Assembly: GCA_009914755.4 (NCBI GenBank)
Contig: CP068257.2
Span: forward strand, 7,200,001-7,264,000
DNA from: the human T2T-CHM13v2.0 reference genome, Homo sapiens
Direction: 5' to 3'
Length of the DNA stretch: 64,000 nucleotides
Below, one piece after another: positions 1-14,000 of this stretch; within the stretch, counting starts at the first letter, position 1, and each line of letters begins with the position of its first letter. The notes below the pieces were generated by a model. That model searched no databases, was not told the origin of the DNA, and was given only the letters and a program-made list of their open reading frames with translations. Position numbers and translations under genes: made by a program.

Positions 1-189
1 TGCAATCAACTGGAATGGAATGGAATGGAATGGAATGGAATGGAATGGAAAGGAATGGAATGGAATCAACCCGAATGGAATGGAATGGAATGGAATGGAA
101 AGGAATGGAATAGATTTGAATGGAATGGAATGGAATCAACCCGAGAGGAATGGAGTGGAATGGAATAGAGTTATCCCGAGTGGAATGGA

Positions 190-1310
190 ATGGAATGGAA
201 TCAACCCGAGTGCAATGGAATGCAATGAAATGGAATGGAATGGAATGGAAAGGAATTAACGAGAGTGGCATGGAATGGAATGGAATAGAATGGTATGGAA
301 TGGAATGGAATGGAATCAGCCCGAGTGGAATGGAATGGAATGGAATGCAATGGAATGGAATGGATAGTAATGGAATGGAACAGAATGGAATGGAATAAAA
401 TGGAATGAACCCGAATAGAATGGAAGGAATAAACGCGAGTGGAATGGAATGGAATGGAATGGAAGGGAATGGAATGGAATGGAATCAAACCGAGTGGAAT
501 GTAATGGAAGGGAAAGGAATGAAAAGGAATGGAATGGATTGGTATGGAATCAACATTAGTGGAATAGAATGGAATGGACTGGAATGGAACAGAATGGAAT
601 GGAATAAAATGGAATGGAATGCAATGGAATCAACAAGAATGAAATGGACTGTAATGGAATGGAATGGAATCAACCCGTGTGGAATGGAATGGAATGGAAT
701 GGAATGGAATCAACCCTAGGGGAAGGGAAGCGAAAGGAATGGAATGGAATGGAATGGAATGGAATCAACCCGAGTGCAATGGAATGCAATGAAATGGAAT
801 GGAATGGAATGGAAAGGAATTAACGAGAGTGGCATGGAATGGAATGGAATAGAATGGTATGGAATGGAATGGAATGGAATCAGCCCGAGTGGAATGGAAT
901 GGAATGGAATGCAATGGAATGGAATGGATAGTAATGGAATGGAACAGAATGGAATGGAATAAAATGGAATGAACCCGAATAGAATGGAAGGAATAAACGC
1001 GAGTGGAATGGAATGGAATGGAATGGAAGGGAATGGAATGGAATGGAATCAAACCGAGTGGAATGTAATGGAAGGGAAAGGAATGAAAAGGAATGGAATG
1101 GATTGGTATGGAATCAACATTAGTGGAATAGAATGGAATGGACTGGAATGGAACAGAATGGAATGGAATAAAATGGAATGGAATGCAATGGAATCAACAA
1201 GAATGAAATGGACTGTAATGGAATGGAATGGAATCAACCCGTGTGGAATGGAATGGAATGGAATGGAATGGAATCAACCCTAGGGGAAGGGAAGCGAAAG
1301 GAATGGAATG
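190..1310. repeat. 564-bp tandem duplication (2 copies) nested in HOR copy 1
   Basis: ORFs 120..398 and 744..962 are identical over 72 aa. ORFs 405..719 and 969..1283 are identical over 104 aa, and minus-strand ORFs 201..488 and 765..1052 are identical. The string caacccgagtgcaatggaatgcaatgaaatgg occurs at 203 and again at 767. The single-copy equivalent is at 6148-6680. Confidence 0.8.
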
Positions 1311-3899
1311 GAATGGAATGGAATGGAATCAACCCAAGTGGAATGTAATGGAACGCAGTGGAATGGAATGGAACGGTATGGAATGGAATAGAATGGAATG
1401 GAGGCAACTCGAGGGGAAAGGAATGGAATGGAAAGGAATGGAATGGAATGAATAGGAATGGAATGCAATGGAATGCAATGGTATGGAATGGAGTCAAACA
1501 GAGAGGAATGTAATGGAATGGAATTGAATGGAATGGAATGGAATGCAATGGAATGGAATGGAATGGAATCAACCGTGTGGAATGGAATGGAATGGAATGG
1601 AATGGAATGGAATGGAATGGAATCAACTCGATTGGAATGGAATGGAATGGAATGGAATGGAATGGAATGGAATGGAATGGAATGGAATCACCCCGAGTGG
1701 AATGGATTGGAATGGAGTGGAATGGAATGGAAAGGCATCCAATACAATGGAATCAACTAGAATGGAATGCAATGGAATGGAATAGAACGGAATCAACCTG
1801 AGTGGAATGGAATGGAATGGAGTGGAATGAATGGAATGCAATGGAATGGAAACTAATGGAATGGAATTGAAACAACCCGAGAGGAATGGAATGCAATGGA
1901 ATGGAATGGAATGGAATCAATTCGGGTTGAATGGAATGGAATGGAATGGAGTGGAATGGAATGGAATGGAGTGGAATGGACTGGAATGGAGTGGAATGGG
2001 ATGCAATGAAACAGAATGGATTGCAACGGAATCAACCCGATTGAAATGGAATGGTATGGAATGGAAAGGAATGGAATCAAAAAGAGTGTAATGCAATGGA
2101 TTGGAATGGAATGGAATGAAAAGGAATGGAATCAACACGAGTGGAATGGAATGGAATGGAATGGAAAGGAATGGAATGGAATGGAAAGGAATGGAATGGA
2201 ATGGAATAAAATGGATTGGAATGAAATGGCATCAACCCCAGTGAAATGGAATGGAACGGAATGAAAAGGAATCAACCCGAGTGGAATGGAATGGAATGCA
2301 ATGGAATGGAATGGAATCAACCCAAGTGGAATGGAAAGGAATGGAATGGAATGGAATGGAATGGAATGGAATGGAATGGAATGGAAAGCAATGGACTCAA
2401 CTGGATTGGAATGGAATGGAATGGAATGGAATCGAATGAAATGGAATGGAATGGATTGGAATGGAAAGAAATTCAACGGAATGGATTCAACCAGAATGGA
2501 ATGGAATGGAATGGAATGCGATGGAATGGATTGGAATTCAATGGAATCAAATGGAATGGTACAAATGGAATGGAATGGAATGGAATGGAATTGAATGGAA
2601 TCAACTGGAATGGAATGGAATGAAATGGAATGGAATGGAATGGAAAGGAATGGAATGGAATCAACCCCAATGGAATGGAATAGAATGGAATGGAAAGGAA
2701 TGCAATGGATTTGAATGGAATGGTATCAAATGGAATGGAATGGAATGGAATGGAATAGAATGGAATGGATTGGAATGGAATGCAATGGAATTAACCCGAG
2801 AGGAATGGAATGGAATGGAATGGAGTTATCCCGAATGGAATGGAATGGAATGGAATGGAATGGAATGGAATGGAATGGAATGGAATTAACCAGAGTGGCA
2901 TGGAATGGAATGGAATGGAATGGTATGGAATGGAATAGAATGGAATGGAATCAACTCGAGGGGAAAGGAATGGATTGGAAAGTATTGGAAGGGAATGGAA
3001 AGGAATGGAATGCAATGGAATACAATGGTATGGAAAGTAGACACCGTGAGAGGAATGGAATGAAATGGAATTGAATGGAATGGAATGAAATGCAATCGAA
3101 TGGAGTCGAATGGAATAAAACCAAGAGGAATGGAATGGAATGGAATGGAATGGAATGCAATGGAGAGGAATGGAAGGAAATGGAATGGAATGGAATGGAT
3201 AGTAATGTAACAGAACAGAATGGAATGGAATCAAACACAGTGGAATGGAAAGGAATGGAATGGAATGGAATGGAATGGAATGCAAACAACTGGAATGGAA
3301 TGAAATGGAATGGAATGGAATGGAATGCAATGGAATGGAATGGAATCAACCCGAGTGGAATGCAAAGGAATGGAAAGGAATGGAATGGAATGGAATGGAA
3401 TGGAATGGAATCAACCCTATTGGAATGGATTGGAGTGGAGTGGAATGGAATGGAACGGCATCGAATGCAGTGGAATCAACTAGAAGGGAATGGAATGGAA
3501 TAGAATGGAATGGAATGGAACGGAATCAACCTGAGTGGAATGGAATGGAATGGAATGGAATAGAATGGAATGGAAGGAATGGAATGCAATGAATGGAAAC
3601 TAATGGAATGGAATGGAAACAACCCGAGTGGAATGGAATGCAATGGAATGCAATGGAATGGAATGGAATGGAAGGGAATGGAATGGAATGGAGTTCAACA
3701 TAATAGAACCAAACCAAGTGGAATGGAATGGAATGGAAAACACTGAAATGTAATGGAATGGATTGGAATAACCAGATTCAAATGCAATGGAATGGAATGG
3801 AATTGAACGGAATGGAATGGGATGGAAAGGAATGGAATGAACTGGAATGGAATGGAAGGGAATGGAATATAATTGAATGGAATGGAATGGAATCAATCC

Positions 3900-5250
3900 G
3901 GGTTGAATGGAATGGAATGGAATGGAGTGGAATGGAGTGAAATGGAATGGAATCAACCCGAGTGGAATGGAATGGAATGGAATGGAAGGGAATGAAATGG
4001 AATGGAATGAAACTGAGTAGAATGAAATGGAATGGAATGGAAAGGAAGGGAAATGAATGGAAACGAAAGGAAAGGATTGGTATGGAATCAACATTAGTGG
4101 AATGGAATGGAATGTAATGGAACAGAATGGAATGGAGTGGAATGGAATGGAATGGAATCAACCCGAGTGGAATGGAATTGAATGGTATGGAATGGAATGG
4201 AATTGGATCAACCCGAGTGGAATGGAATGGAATGGAATGGAATGGAATGGAATGGAATGGAATCAACCCGAGTTGAATGGAATAGAAAGGAATGGAATGG
4301 AACGGAATGGAATGGAATGGAATGGAATCAACCCGAGTGGAATGGAATGGAATAGAATGGAATTGAGTCAACCCGAATGGAATGGAATGCAATGCAATGG
4401 AATGGAATTGAACGGTATGGAATGGAATAGAATGGAATGGAGTCACCGTGAGGGGAAAGGAATGGAATGGAAAGGAATGCAATGGAATGGGAAGGAATGG
4501 AATGCAATGGAATGGATTGGTATGGAATGGAGTAAAACCGAGAGGAATGTAACGGAATGGAATTGAAAGGAATGGAATGGAATGGAATCAACCGTGTGGA
4601 ATGGAATGGAAAGGAATGGAATGGAATGGAATGGAATGGAATGGAATGGAATGGAATGCAATGGAATGGAATGGAATCAACTCGATTGGAATGGAATGGA
4701 ATGTAATGGAATCAACCCGAGTGGAATGGATTGGAATGGAGTGGAATGGAATGGAACTGCATCCAATACAATGGAATCAACTAGAATGGAATGGAATGGA
4801 ATGGAATGGAATGGAATGGAATGGAATGGAACGGAATCAACCTGAGTGGAATGGAATGGAATGCAGTGGAATGAATGGAATGCAATGGAATTGAAACTAA
4901 TGGAATGGAATTGAAACAACCCGAGTGGATTGGAATGCAATGGAATGGAATGGAATAGAATGGAATGCAATCAATCCGGGTTGAATGGAATGGAATGCAA
5001 TGGAGTGGAATAGAATGGAATGGAGTGGAATGGAATGGAATGGAATGCAAGGAAATGGAATGGAATGGAACGGAAAGTACCCGAATGGAATGTAATGGAA
5101 TGGAAAGAAATGGAATCAACAAGAGTGGAATTCAATGGATTGCTAAGGTATGGAATGGAATGGAATGGAATGGAATGGAATGGAATCAACCCTAGTGGAA
5201 TGGAGTGGAATGGAATGGAACGGCATCGAATGCAGTGGAATCAACTATAA
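3900..5250. repeat. Segment present in HOR copy 1 only; a second copy lies at ~17100-18400
   Basis: ORF 4057..4566 matches 17302/17382..17801, including the WYGINISG and SHREGKGMEWKGM stretches. ORF 4577..4894 matches 17802..18050 and 4965..5195 matches 18170..18364. The offset is ~13.2 kb. Confidence 0.65.
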
Positions 5251-5459
5251 TGAAATGGAATGGAATGGAATGGAATAGAATGGAATGGAATGGAACAGAA
5301 TCAAACTGAGTGGAATGGAATGGAATGGAATGGAATGCATGGAATGCAATGAATGGAAACTAATGGAATGGAATGGAAACAACGCAACTGGAATGGAATG
5401 CAATGGAATGCAATGGAATGCAATGGAATGGAATGGAATGGAATGGAATGGAATGGAAT

Positions 5460-7560
5460 GGATTGGAATCAACCAGATTCCAATGCAATGGAATGGAATG
5501 GAATGGAAGGGAATGGAACGGGATGCAAAGGAACGGAATGAACTGGAATGGAATGGAATATAATTGAATGGAATGGAATGGAATCAACACAAGTGGAGTG
5601 AAATGGAATGGAACAGAAATGAATGGAATGTAATGGAACGTAATGGAATTAACTTGAGGTGAATGGAATGGAATGGGATGGAATGGAATGGAATAATCCC
5701 GAGTGGAATGGAATGGAAAGGAATGCAATGGAATGGAATGGAGTGGAATGCATTGGAATCAACTGGAAAGGAATGGAATGCAAAGGAATGCATTGGAATC
5801 AACTGGAATGGCATGGAATGGAGTGGAATGCAATGGAATGGAATCCATCCGGGTTGAATGGAAAAAAATGGAAAGGAGTCGAATGGAACGCAATGGAGTG
5901 CAATGGAATGGAATGGAATGGAATGGAAAGGAATCAACACGAATGGAATGGAATGGAATGCAATGGAATGGAATGGAACGGAATGCTTTGGAAACAACCC
6001 TAGTGGAAAGGAATGGAATGGAATGGAATGGAAAGGAATGGAATGGAATCAACCCAAGAGGAATGGAATGGAATGGAATGGAATGGAATGGAATGCAATG
6101 GAATGGAATGGAACGGAATGCTTTGGAAACAACCCTAGTGGAATGGAATGGAATGGAATGGAATGGAAAGGAATGGAATGGAATCAACCCAAGAGGAATG
6201 GAATGGAATGGAATGGAATGGAATGGAAGGGAAAGGAGTGGAATGGAATGGAATCAACCAGAGTGGAATGGAATGGAATGGAATGGAATGGAATGGAATG
6301 GAATGGAATGGAATCAGCCCGAGTGGAATGGAAAGGAATGGAATGCAATGGAATGGAATGGATAGTAATGGAATGGAACAGAATGAAATGGAATAAAATG
6401 CAATGAACCCAAAGAGAATGGAAGGAATCAACCCGAGTGGAATGGAATGGAATGGAATGGAAGGGAATGGGATGGAATGGAATCAAACTGAGTGGAATGT
6501 AATGGAAGAGAAAGGAATGAAAAGGAATGGAATGGATTGGTATGGAATCAACATTAGTGGAATAGAATGGAATGGACTGGAATGGAACAGAATGGAATAG
6601 AATAAAATGGAATGGAATGCAATGGAATCAACAAGAATGAAATGGACTGTAATGGAATGGAATGGAATCAACCCGTGTGGAATGGAATGGAATGGAATGT
6701 AATGGAATGCAATGGAATGGAATCAACCCGAGTGGAAAGGAAGGGAAAGGAATGGAATGGAATGGAATGGAATGGAATGCAATGGAATGGAATAAAGCCG
6801 AGTGGAATGGAAAGGAATGGAATGGAATGGAATGGAATGGTATCAACCCAAGTGGAATGTAATGGAAAGCAGTGGAATGGAATGGAACGGTATGGAATGG
6901 AATAGAATGGAATGGAGGCAACTCGAGGGGAATGGAATGGAATGGAAAGGAGTGGAATGGAATGAATAGGAATGTTATGCAATGGAATGCAATGGTATGG
7001 AATGGAGTCAAACAGAGCGGAATGTAATGGAATGGAATTGAATGGAATGGAATGGAATGGAATGCAATGGAATGGAATGGAATGGAATCAACCGTGTGGA
7101 ATGGAATGGAATGGAATCGAATGGAATGGAATGGAATGGAATGGAATGGAATCCACTCGATTGGAATGGAATGGAATGGAGTGGAATGGAATGGAATGGA
7201 GTCAACCCGAGTGGAATGGATTGGAATGGAGTGGAATGGAATGGAAAGGCATCGAATACAATGGAATCAACTAGAATGGAATGGAATGGAATGGAATGCA
7301 ATGGAATGGAATCAACCGTGTGGAATGGAATGGAAAGGAATGGAATGGAATGGAATGGAATGGAATGCAATGGAATGGAATGGAATCAACTCGATTGGAA
7401 TGGAATGGAATGGAATGGAATCAACCCGAGTGGAACGGATTGGAATGGAGTGGAATGGAATGGAACTGCATCCAATACAATGGAATCAACTAGAATGGAA
7501 TGGAATGGAATGGAATGGAATGGAATGCAGTGGAATGAATGGAATGCAATGGAATGGAAA
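5460..7560. repeat. ~2.1-kb segment duplicated colinearly at 19800-21690 (offset ~14.3 kb); its first ~470 bp are also copied at 9490-9950
   Basis: The gattggaatcaaccagattccaatgcaatgg ... ggaattaactYgaggtgaatgg ... gcattggaatcaactggaaaggaatggaatgca string occurs at 5461, 9491 and 19811. ORF 5858..6406 matches 20211..20703 and 6148..6396 matches 20406..20693. ORF 6403..6600 matches 20700..20912 and 6972..7274 matches 21269..21586. Confidence 0.7.
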
Positions 7561-10159
7561 CTAATGGAATGGAATTGAAGCAACCCGAGTGGAATGGAAT
7601 GCAATGGAATGGAATGGAATGGAATGGAATGGAATGGAATGGAATGGAATGGAATCAATCCGGGTTGAATGGAATGGAATGGAATGGAGTGGAATGGAAT
7701 GGAATGGAGTGGAATGGAATGGAATGGAGTGGAATGGAATAGAATGGAGTGGAATGGACTGGAATGGAATGCAATGAAACAGAATGGAATGCAACGGAAT
7801 CAACCCGAATGGAATGGAATGGTATGGAATGGAAAGGAATGGAATAAACAAGAGTGAAATGCAATGGATTGGAAAGGAATGGAATGAAATGGAATGGAAT
7901 CAACACGACTGGAATGGAATGGAATGGAATAGAAAGGAATGGAATGGAATGGAACGGAATAAAATGGATTGGAATGGAATGGCATCCACCCCAGTGAAAT
8001 GGAATGGAACGGAATGAAAAGGAATCAACCCGAGTGGAATGAATGGAATGCAATGGAATGGAATGGAATCAACCCGAGTGGAATGGAAAGGAATGGAATG
8101 GAATGGAATGGAATGGAATGGAATGGAATGGAATGGAATGCAATGGACTCAACTGGATTGGAATGGAATGGAATGGAATGGAATGGAATGGAATGGAATG
8201 GATTGGAATGGAAAGAAATTCAACGGAATGGATTCAACCAGAATGGAATGGAATGGAATGGAATGCGATGGAATGGATTGGAATTCAATGGAATCAACTG
8301 GAATGGTACGAATGGAATGGAATGGAATGGAATGGAATTGAATGGAATCAACTGGAATGGAATGGAATGGAATGGAATGGAAAGGAATGGAATGGAATCA
8401 ACCCCAATGGAATGGAATAGAATGGAATGGAAAGGAATGCAATGGATTTGAATGGAATGGTATCAAATGGAATGGAATGGAATGGAATGGAATGGAATGG
8501 AATGGAATGGAATGGAATGGATTGGAATGGAATGGAATCAACCCGAGAGGAATGGAATGGAATGGAATGGAATGGAATGGAATGGAATCAACCCGAGAGG
8601 AATGGAATGGAATGGAATGGAGTTATCCCGAGTGGAATGGAATGGAAAGGAATGGAATCAAACCAAGTGCAATGGAATGGAATGCAATGGAATGGAATGG
8701 AATGGGATGGAATTAACGAGAGTGGCATGGAATGGAATGGAATGGAATGGTATGGAATGGAATAGAATGGAATGGAATCAACTCGAGGGGAAAGTAATGG
8801 ATTGGAAAGTATTGGAATGGAATGGAAAGGAATGTAATGTAATGGAATGCAATGGTATGGAATGTAGACACCGTGAGAGGAATGGAATTAAATGGAATTG
8901 AATGGAATGGAATGAAATGCAATCGAATGGAGTCGAATGGAATAAAACCTAGAGGAATGGAATGGAATGGAATGGAATGGAATGAAATGGAATGGAATGG
9001 AATGCAATGGATAGGAATGGAATGGAATGGAATGGAATGGACTGGAATGGATAGTAATGGAACGGAACAGAATGGAATGGAATCAAACACAGTGGAATGG
9101 AATGGAATGGAATGCAATGGAATGGATTGGAATGGAATCAACTGGAATGGAATGAAATGGAATGGAATGGAATGGAATGCAATGGAATGGAATGGAATCA
9201 ACCCGAGTGGAATGCAATGGAATGGAAAGGAATGGAATGGAATGGAATGGAATCAACCTTAGTGGAATCGAATGGAATGGAGTGGAATGGAATGGAATGG
9301 CATCGAATGCAGTGGAATCAACTAGAATGGAATGGAATGGAATGGAATGGAATGGAATGGAACGGAATCAACCTGAGTGTAAAGAAATGGAATGGAATGG
9401 AATGGAAGGAATGGAATGGAATGGAGTTCAACATAATGGAACCAAACCAAGTGGAATGGAATGGAATGGAAAGCACTGAAATGTGATGGAATGGATTAGA
9501 ATCAACCAGATTCCAATGCAATGGAAGGGAATGGAATGGAAGGGAATGGAATGGGATGGAAAGGAATGGAATGAACTGGAATGGAATGGAATATAATTGA
9601 ATGGAATGGAATGGAAGCAACCCAGGTGGATAGGAATGAAATGGAATGGAAATGAATGGAATGGAATGGAACGTAATGGAATTAACTAGAGATGAATGGA
9701 ATGGAACGGAATGGGATGGAATTGAATGGAATCATCCCGAGTGGAATGGAATGGAAAGGAATGCAATGGAATGGAATGGAGTGGAATGCATTCGAATCAA
9801 CTAGAATGGAATGGAATGGAATGGAATGGAATGGAATGGAATGGAATGAAATCAATCCGGGTTGAATGGAATGGAATGGAATGGAGTGGAATGGAACGCA
9901 ATGGAGTGGAATGGAAAGGAATGGAATAGAATGGAATAAACCCGAATGGAACGGAATGGAATGGTATGGAATGGAATGGAATGGAATGGAATGCAGCGGA
10001 ATGCTATGGAATCAACCTGAGTGGAATGGAAATGAATGGAATGAAATGAAATGGAATGGATTCCACCCAAGTGAAAAGGAATGGAATGGAATGCAACGGA
10101 ATCAACCGGAGTGGAATGGAATGGAAAGGAATGGAATGGAATGGAATGGAATGGAAAGG

Positions 10160-11045
10160 AATGGAATTGAATCAACCAAAGAGGAATGGAATGGAATGCA
10201 ATCAACCCTAGTGTAATGGAATGGAATGGAATGAAAAGTAATGGAATGGAACGGTATGGAATCAAACCGAGTGGAATGGTATGGAATGGAACGGAATGGA
10301 ACGGAAAGGACTGGAATAAATTGTTATGGAATGGAATGGAATCAACCAGAGGGAAATAGAAAGGAATGTAATAGGATGGAATAAACCCGAGTGAAATAGA
10401 ATGGAATGGAATGGAAGGGAATGGAATGGTATGGAATGTCATGGAATCGAATGGAATGGAATCAACCCAAGTGGAATGGAACGGAATGGAATGGAACGGA
10501 ATGGGATGCAGTGGAATGGAATGGAATGGAATGAAATCAACCCGAGTGGAATGGAATGGAATGGAAAGGAATGGCATGGAATGGAATGGAATGGAACGGA
10601 ATGGAATTGAATCAACCAAAGAGGAATGGAATGGAATGCAATCAACCCTAGTGTAATGGAATGGAATGGAATGAAAAGTAATGGAATGGAACGGTATGAA
10701 ATCAAACCGAGTGGAATGGTATGGAATGGAAAGGAATGGAACGGAAAGGACTGGAATAAAATGTTATGGAATGGAATGGAATCAACCAGACGGAAATAGA
10801 AAGGAATGTAATAGGATGGAATAAACCCGAGTGAAATAGAATGGAATGGAATGGAAGGGAATGGAATGGTATGGAATGTCATGGAATCGAATGGAATGGA
10901 ATCAACCCAAGTGGAATGGAACGGAATGGAATGGAACGGAATGGGATGCAGTGGAATGGAATGCAATGGAATGAAATCAACCCGAGTGGAATGGAATGGA
11001 ATGGAATGGAAAGGAATGGCATGGAATGGAATGGAATGCAATCAG
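10160..11045. repeat. 440-bp tandem duplication (2 copies); a third dispersed copy lies at ~22800-23050
   Basis: ORF 10401..10610 equals 10841..11104 at the N-terminus and 10411..10656 matches 10851..11096. The string ggaattgaatcaaccaaagaggaatggaatggaatgcaatcaaccctagtgtaatgg occurs at 10161 and 10601. A related caccaaagaggaatgg...caaccctagtgtaatgg...ctggaataaaatgttatgg string sits at 22801-22960. Confidence 0.75.
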
Positions 11046-14000
11046 CCCGAGTGGAATGGAATGGAATGGAAAGGAATGGCATGGAATGTAATGTAATTGA
11101 ATAAACCCGAGTGGAATAGAATGGAATGAATGGAATGGAATGGAATGGAATAGAATGGAATGGAATGGAATGGAATGAAATGGAATGGAATGGAATGGAA
11201 TCAACCCGAGTGGAATGGAATGGAATGGCATGGAATGGAATGGATTTAACCCGAGTGGCATGGAATGGAATCTAATGGAATGCAATGGAATGGAATGGAA
11301 TGGTATAGAATGGAATAGAATGGAAAGGAATCAACTCGAGGGGAAAGAAATGGAATGGAAAGGAATGGAATGGAAGAGATAGGAATGGAATGCAATGGAA
11401 TGCAATGGTATGGAATGGAGTCAACTCGAGAGGAATGTAATGTAATGTAATGGAATGGAATGGAATGGAATGCAATGGAATGGAGTTTAATGGAATAAAC
11501 ACCAGAGGAATGCAATGGAATGGCATGGAAAGGAATGGTATGGATAAGAATGGAATGGACTGGAATGCAATGGAATGGAATGAACTGGAATGGAAGGGAA
11601 TGGAATGAAATCAAAAAAAGTGAAGTGGAATGGAATGGAATGGAATTGAATGGAATGGAATGGAATGGTATGGAATCAACCCGAGTGGAATAGTATGGAA
11701 TGGAATGGAATGGAACGGAATGGAATGGAATAAAATGGAATGGAATGGAATGCAATCAACCCGAGTGAAATGGAATGGAATAGAATGGAATGGAATCAAC
11801 CCGAGTGGAATGGAATGGAATGGAATAGAATGGAATGGAGTGGAGTGGAATGGAGTGGAATCAACCAGAGTGGAATGGAATGTAATGGAATGCAATGGAA
11901 TGGAATGGAATCAACACGGGTGGAATGGAATGGAATGGACGGCAATGGAATGGAATGCATTGGAATCAACTGGAATGGACTGGAATGGAATGGAATGGAA
12001 TGGAATGGAATGGAATCAATCCGGTTTGAATGGAATAAAATGGAATGGAGTCGAATGGAAAGCAATGGAGTGGAATGGAATGGAATGGAATGGAATGGAA
12101 TGGAATGGAAACAACTAGAGTGGAATGGAATTGAATGGAGTGGAATGGAATGGAATGGAATGGCATGGAATGGAATGGAATGGAATCAACCTGAGTAGAA
12201 TGGAATGGAATTGAATGGAATGGAATGCAATGGAATGGAATGGAATGTTATAGAAGGGAATGGAATCAACTCGAGGGGAAAGGAATGTAATGGAAAGGAA
12301 TGGAATGGAATGGATAGGAATGGAATGCAATGGAATGCAATGGTATGGAATGGAGTCAAAACAAGAGGAATATAATGGAATGGAATTGAATGGAATGGAA
12401 TGGAATGCAAAGGAATGGATTTGAATGGAATGAACCCCAGAGGAATGGAATGGAATTGCATGGAATGGAATGGTAGGGATAGGAATGGAATGGAATGGAA
12501 TGGAATAAACTGGAATGGAATGGAATGAAATCAAAAAAGTGGAATGGAATGGAATGGAATGGAATTTAACGGAATGGAATCAACTGGAATGGAATGAAAT
12601 GGAATGGAATGGAATGGAATGGAAACAACCCAAGTGGAATGGAATGCAATGGAATGGAATTCAACGTAATGTAAACAAACCGAGTGGAAAGCAAAGGAAT
12701 GGAAAGGACTGAAATGTAATGGAAGTTATTGGAATCAAACTGATACCAATGCAACGGAATGGAAAGGAATGGAATCGAAAGGAAGGGAATGGAATGGAAT
12801 GGAAAGGAATGGAATGAACTGGAATGGAATGGAATGGAATGGAATATAATGGAATGGAATGGAATGGAATGGAATGGAATGGAATGGAATGGAATGGAAT
12901 CAACCCGAATGGAATGGAGTGGAATGGAATGAAATGGAATGGAATGCTTTGGAAGTTATGGGAATCACCTGGAATGCAATGGCATGGAATGGAATGGAAT
13001 GGAGTTGAATGGTACGGAATGGAATGGAGTAAACCTGAATGGAATGGAATGGAATGGAATGGAAAGGAATGGAATGGATTTGAATGGAATGGAATGGAAT
13101 GGAATGGAATGGAATGGAATGGAATGGAATAGAATGGAATGGAATGGATTGGAATGGAATGGAATGGAATAAACCCGAGAGGAATGGAATGGAATGGAAT
13201 GGAGTTTTCCTGAGTGGAATGGAATGGAATGGAATCAACCCGAATGAAATGTTATGGAATGGAATAGAATGGAATGGAATCAACTCGAGGGGAAAGGAAT
13301 GGATTGGAATGGAATGGAATGGAATATAATTGAATGGAATGGAATGGAATGGAATGGAATGGAATGGAATGGAATGGAATGGAATCAACCAAAGTGGAGT
13401 GGAATGCAATGGAACGGAAAAGAATGGAATGGAATGGAACGGAATGGAATTAACTCGAGGTTAATGGATTGGAATGGCATGGAATGGAATGGAATCAACC
13501 CAAGAGGAATGGAATGGAATGGAAAGCAATGGAATGAAACGAAGAGGAATGCAATGGAATCAACTGGAATGGAATGGAATGGAATGGAATGGAATGCATT
13601 GGAATCAACTGGAATGGAATGGAATCAACTGGAATGGATTGGTATGGAATGGAATGGAATGGAATGGAATGGAATGGAATGGAATGGAACAGAAACAACC
13701 CAAGTGGAATGGATTACAATGGAACGGAAATGAATGGAATGGAATGGAACGGAATGGAATTAACTCGAGGTGAATGGAATGGAATGGCATGGAATGGAAT
13801 GGAATCAAACCGAGTGGAATGGAATGGAATGGAAAGCAATGGAATGGAATGGAATGGAATGCATTGGATTCAACAGCAGTGGAATGGAATGGAATGGAAT
13901 GCGTTGGAATCAACTCGAATGGAATGGAATGGAATGGAATGGAATCAATCCGGTTGAATGGAGTGGAATGGAATGGAGTGGAATGGAACGCAATGGAGTG

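Larger units (their letters stand above)
1..9750 (+). repeat. Two-copy higher-order repeat of ~5.7-6.0 kb (copy 1 ~100-3950, copy 2 ~6100-9750), with a copy-1-specific extra segment at ~3950-5460
   Basis: Colinear ORF-translation identities at a near-constant offset: 405..719 vs 6403..6600, 1458..1760 vs 6972..7274, 1831..2091 vs 7539..7742, 2016..2264 vs 7784..8017, 2246..2623 vs 7969..8451, 2715 vs 8452, 3075..3503 vs 8852..9262, and 3245..3592 vs 9097..9486. Offsets run 5.5-6.0 kb and vary with indels. Confidence 0.7.
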
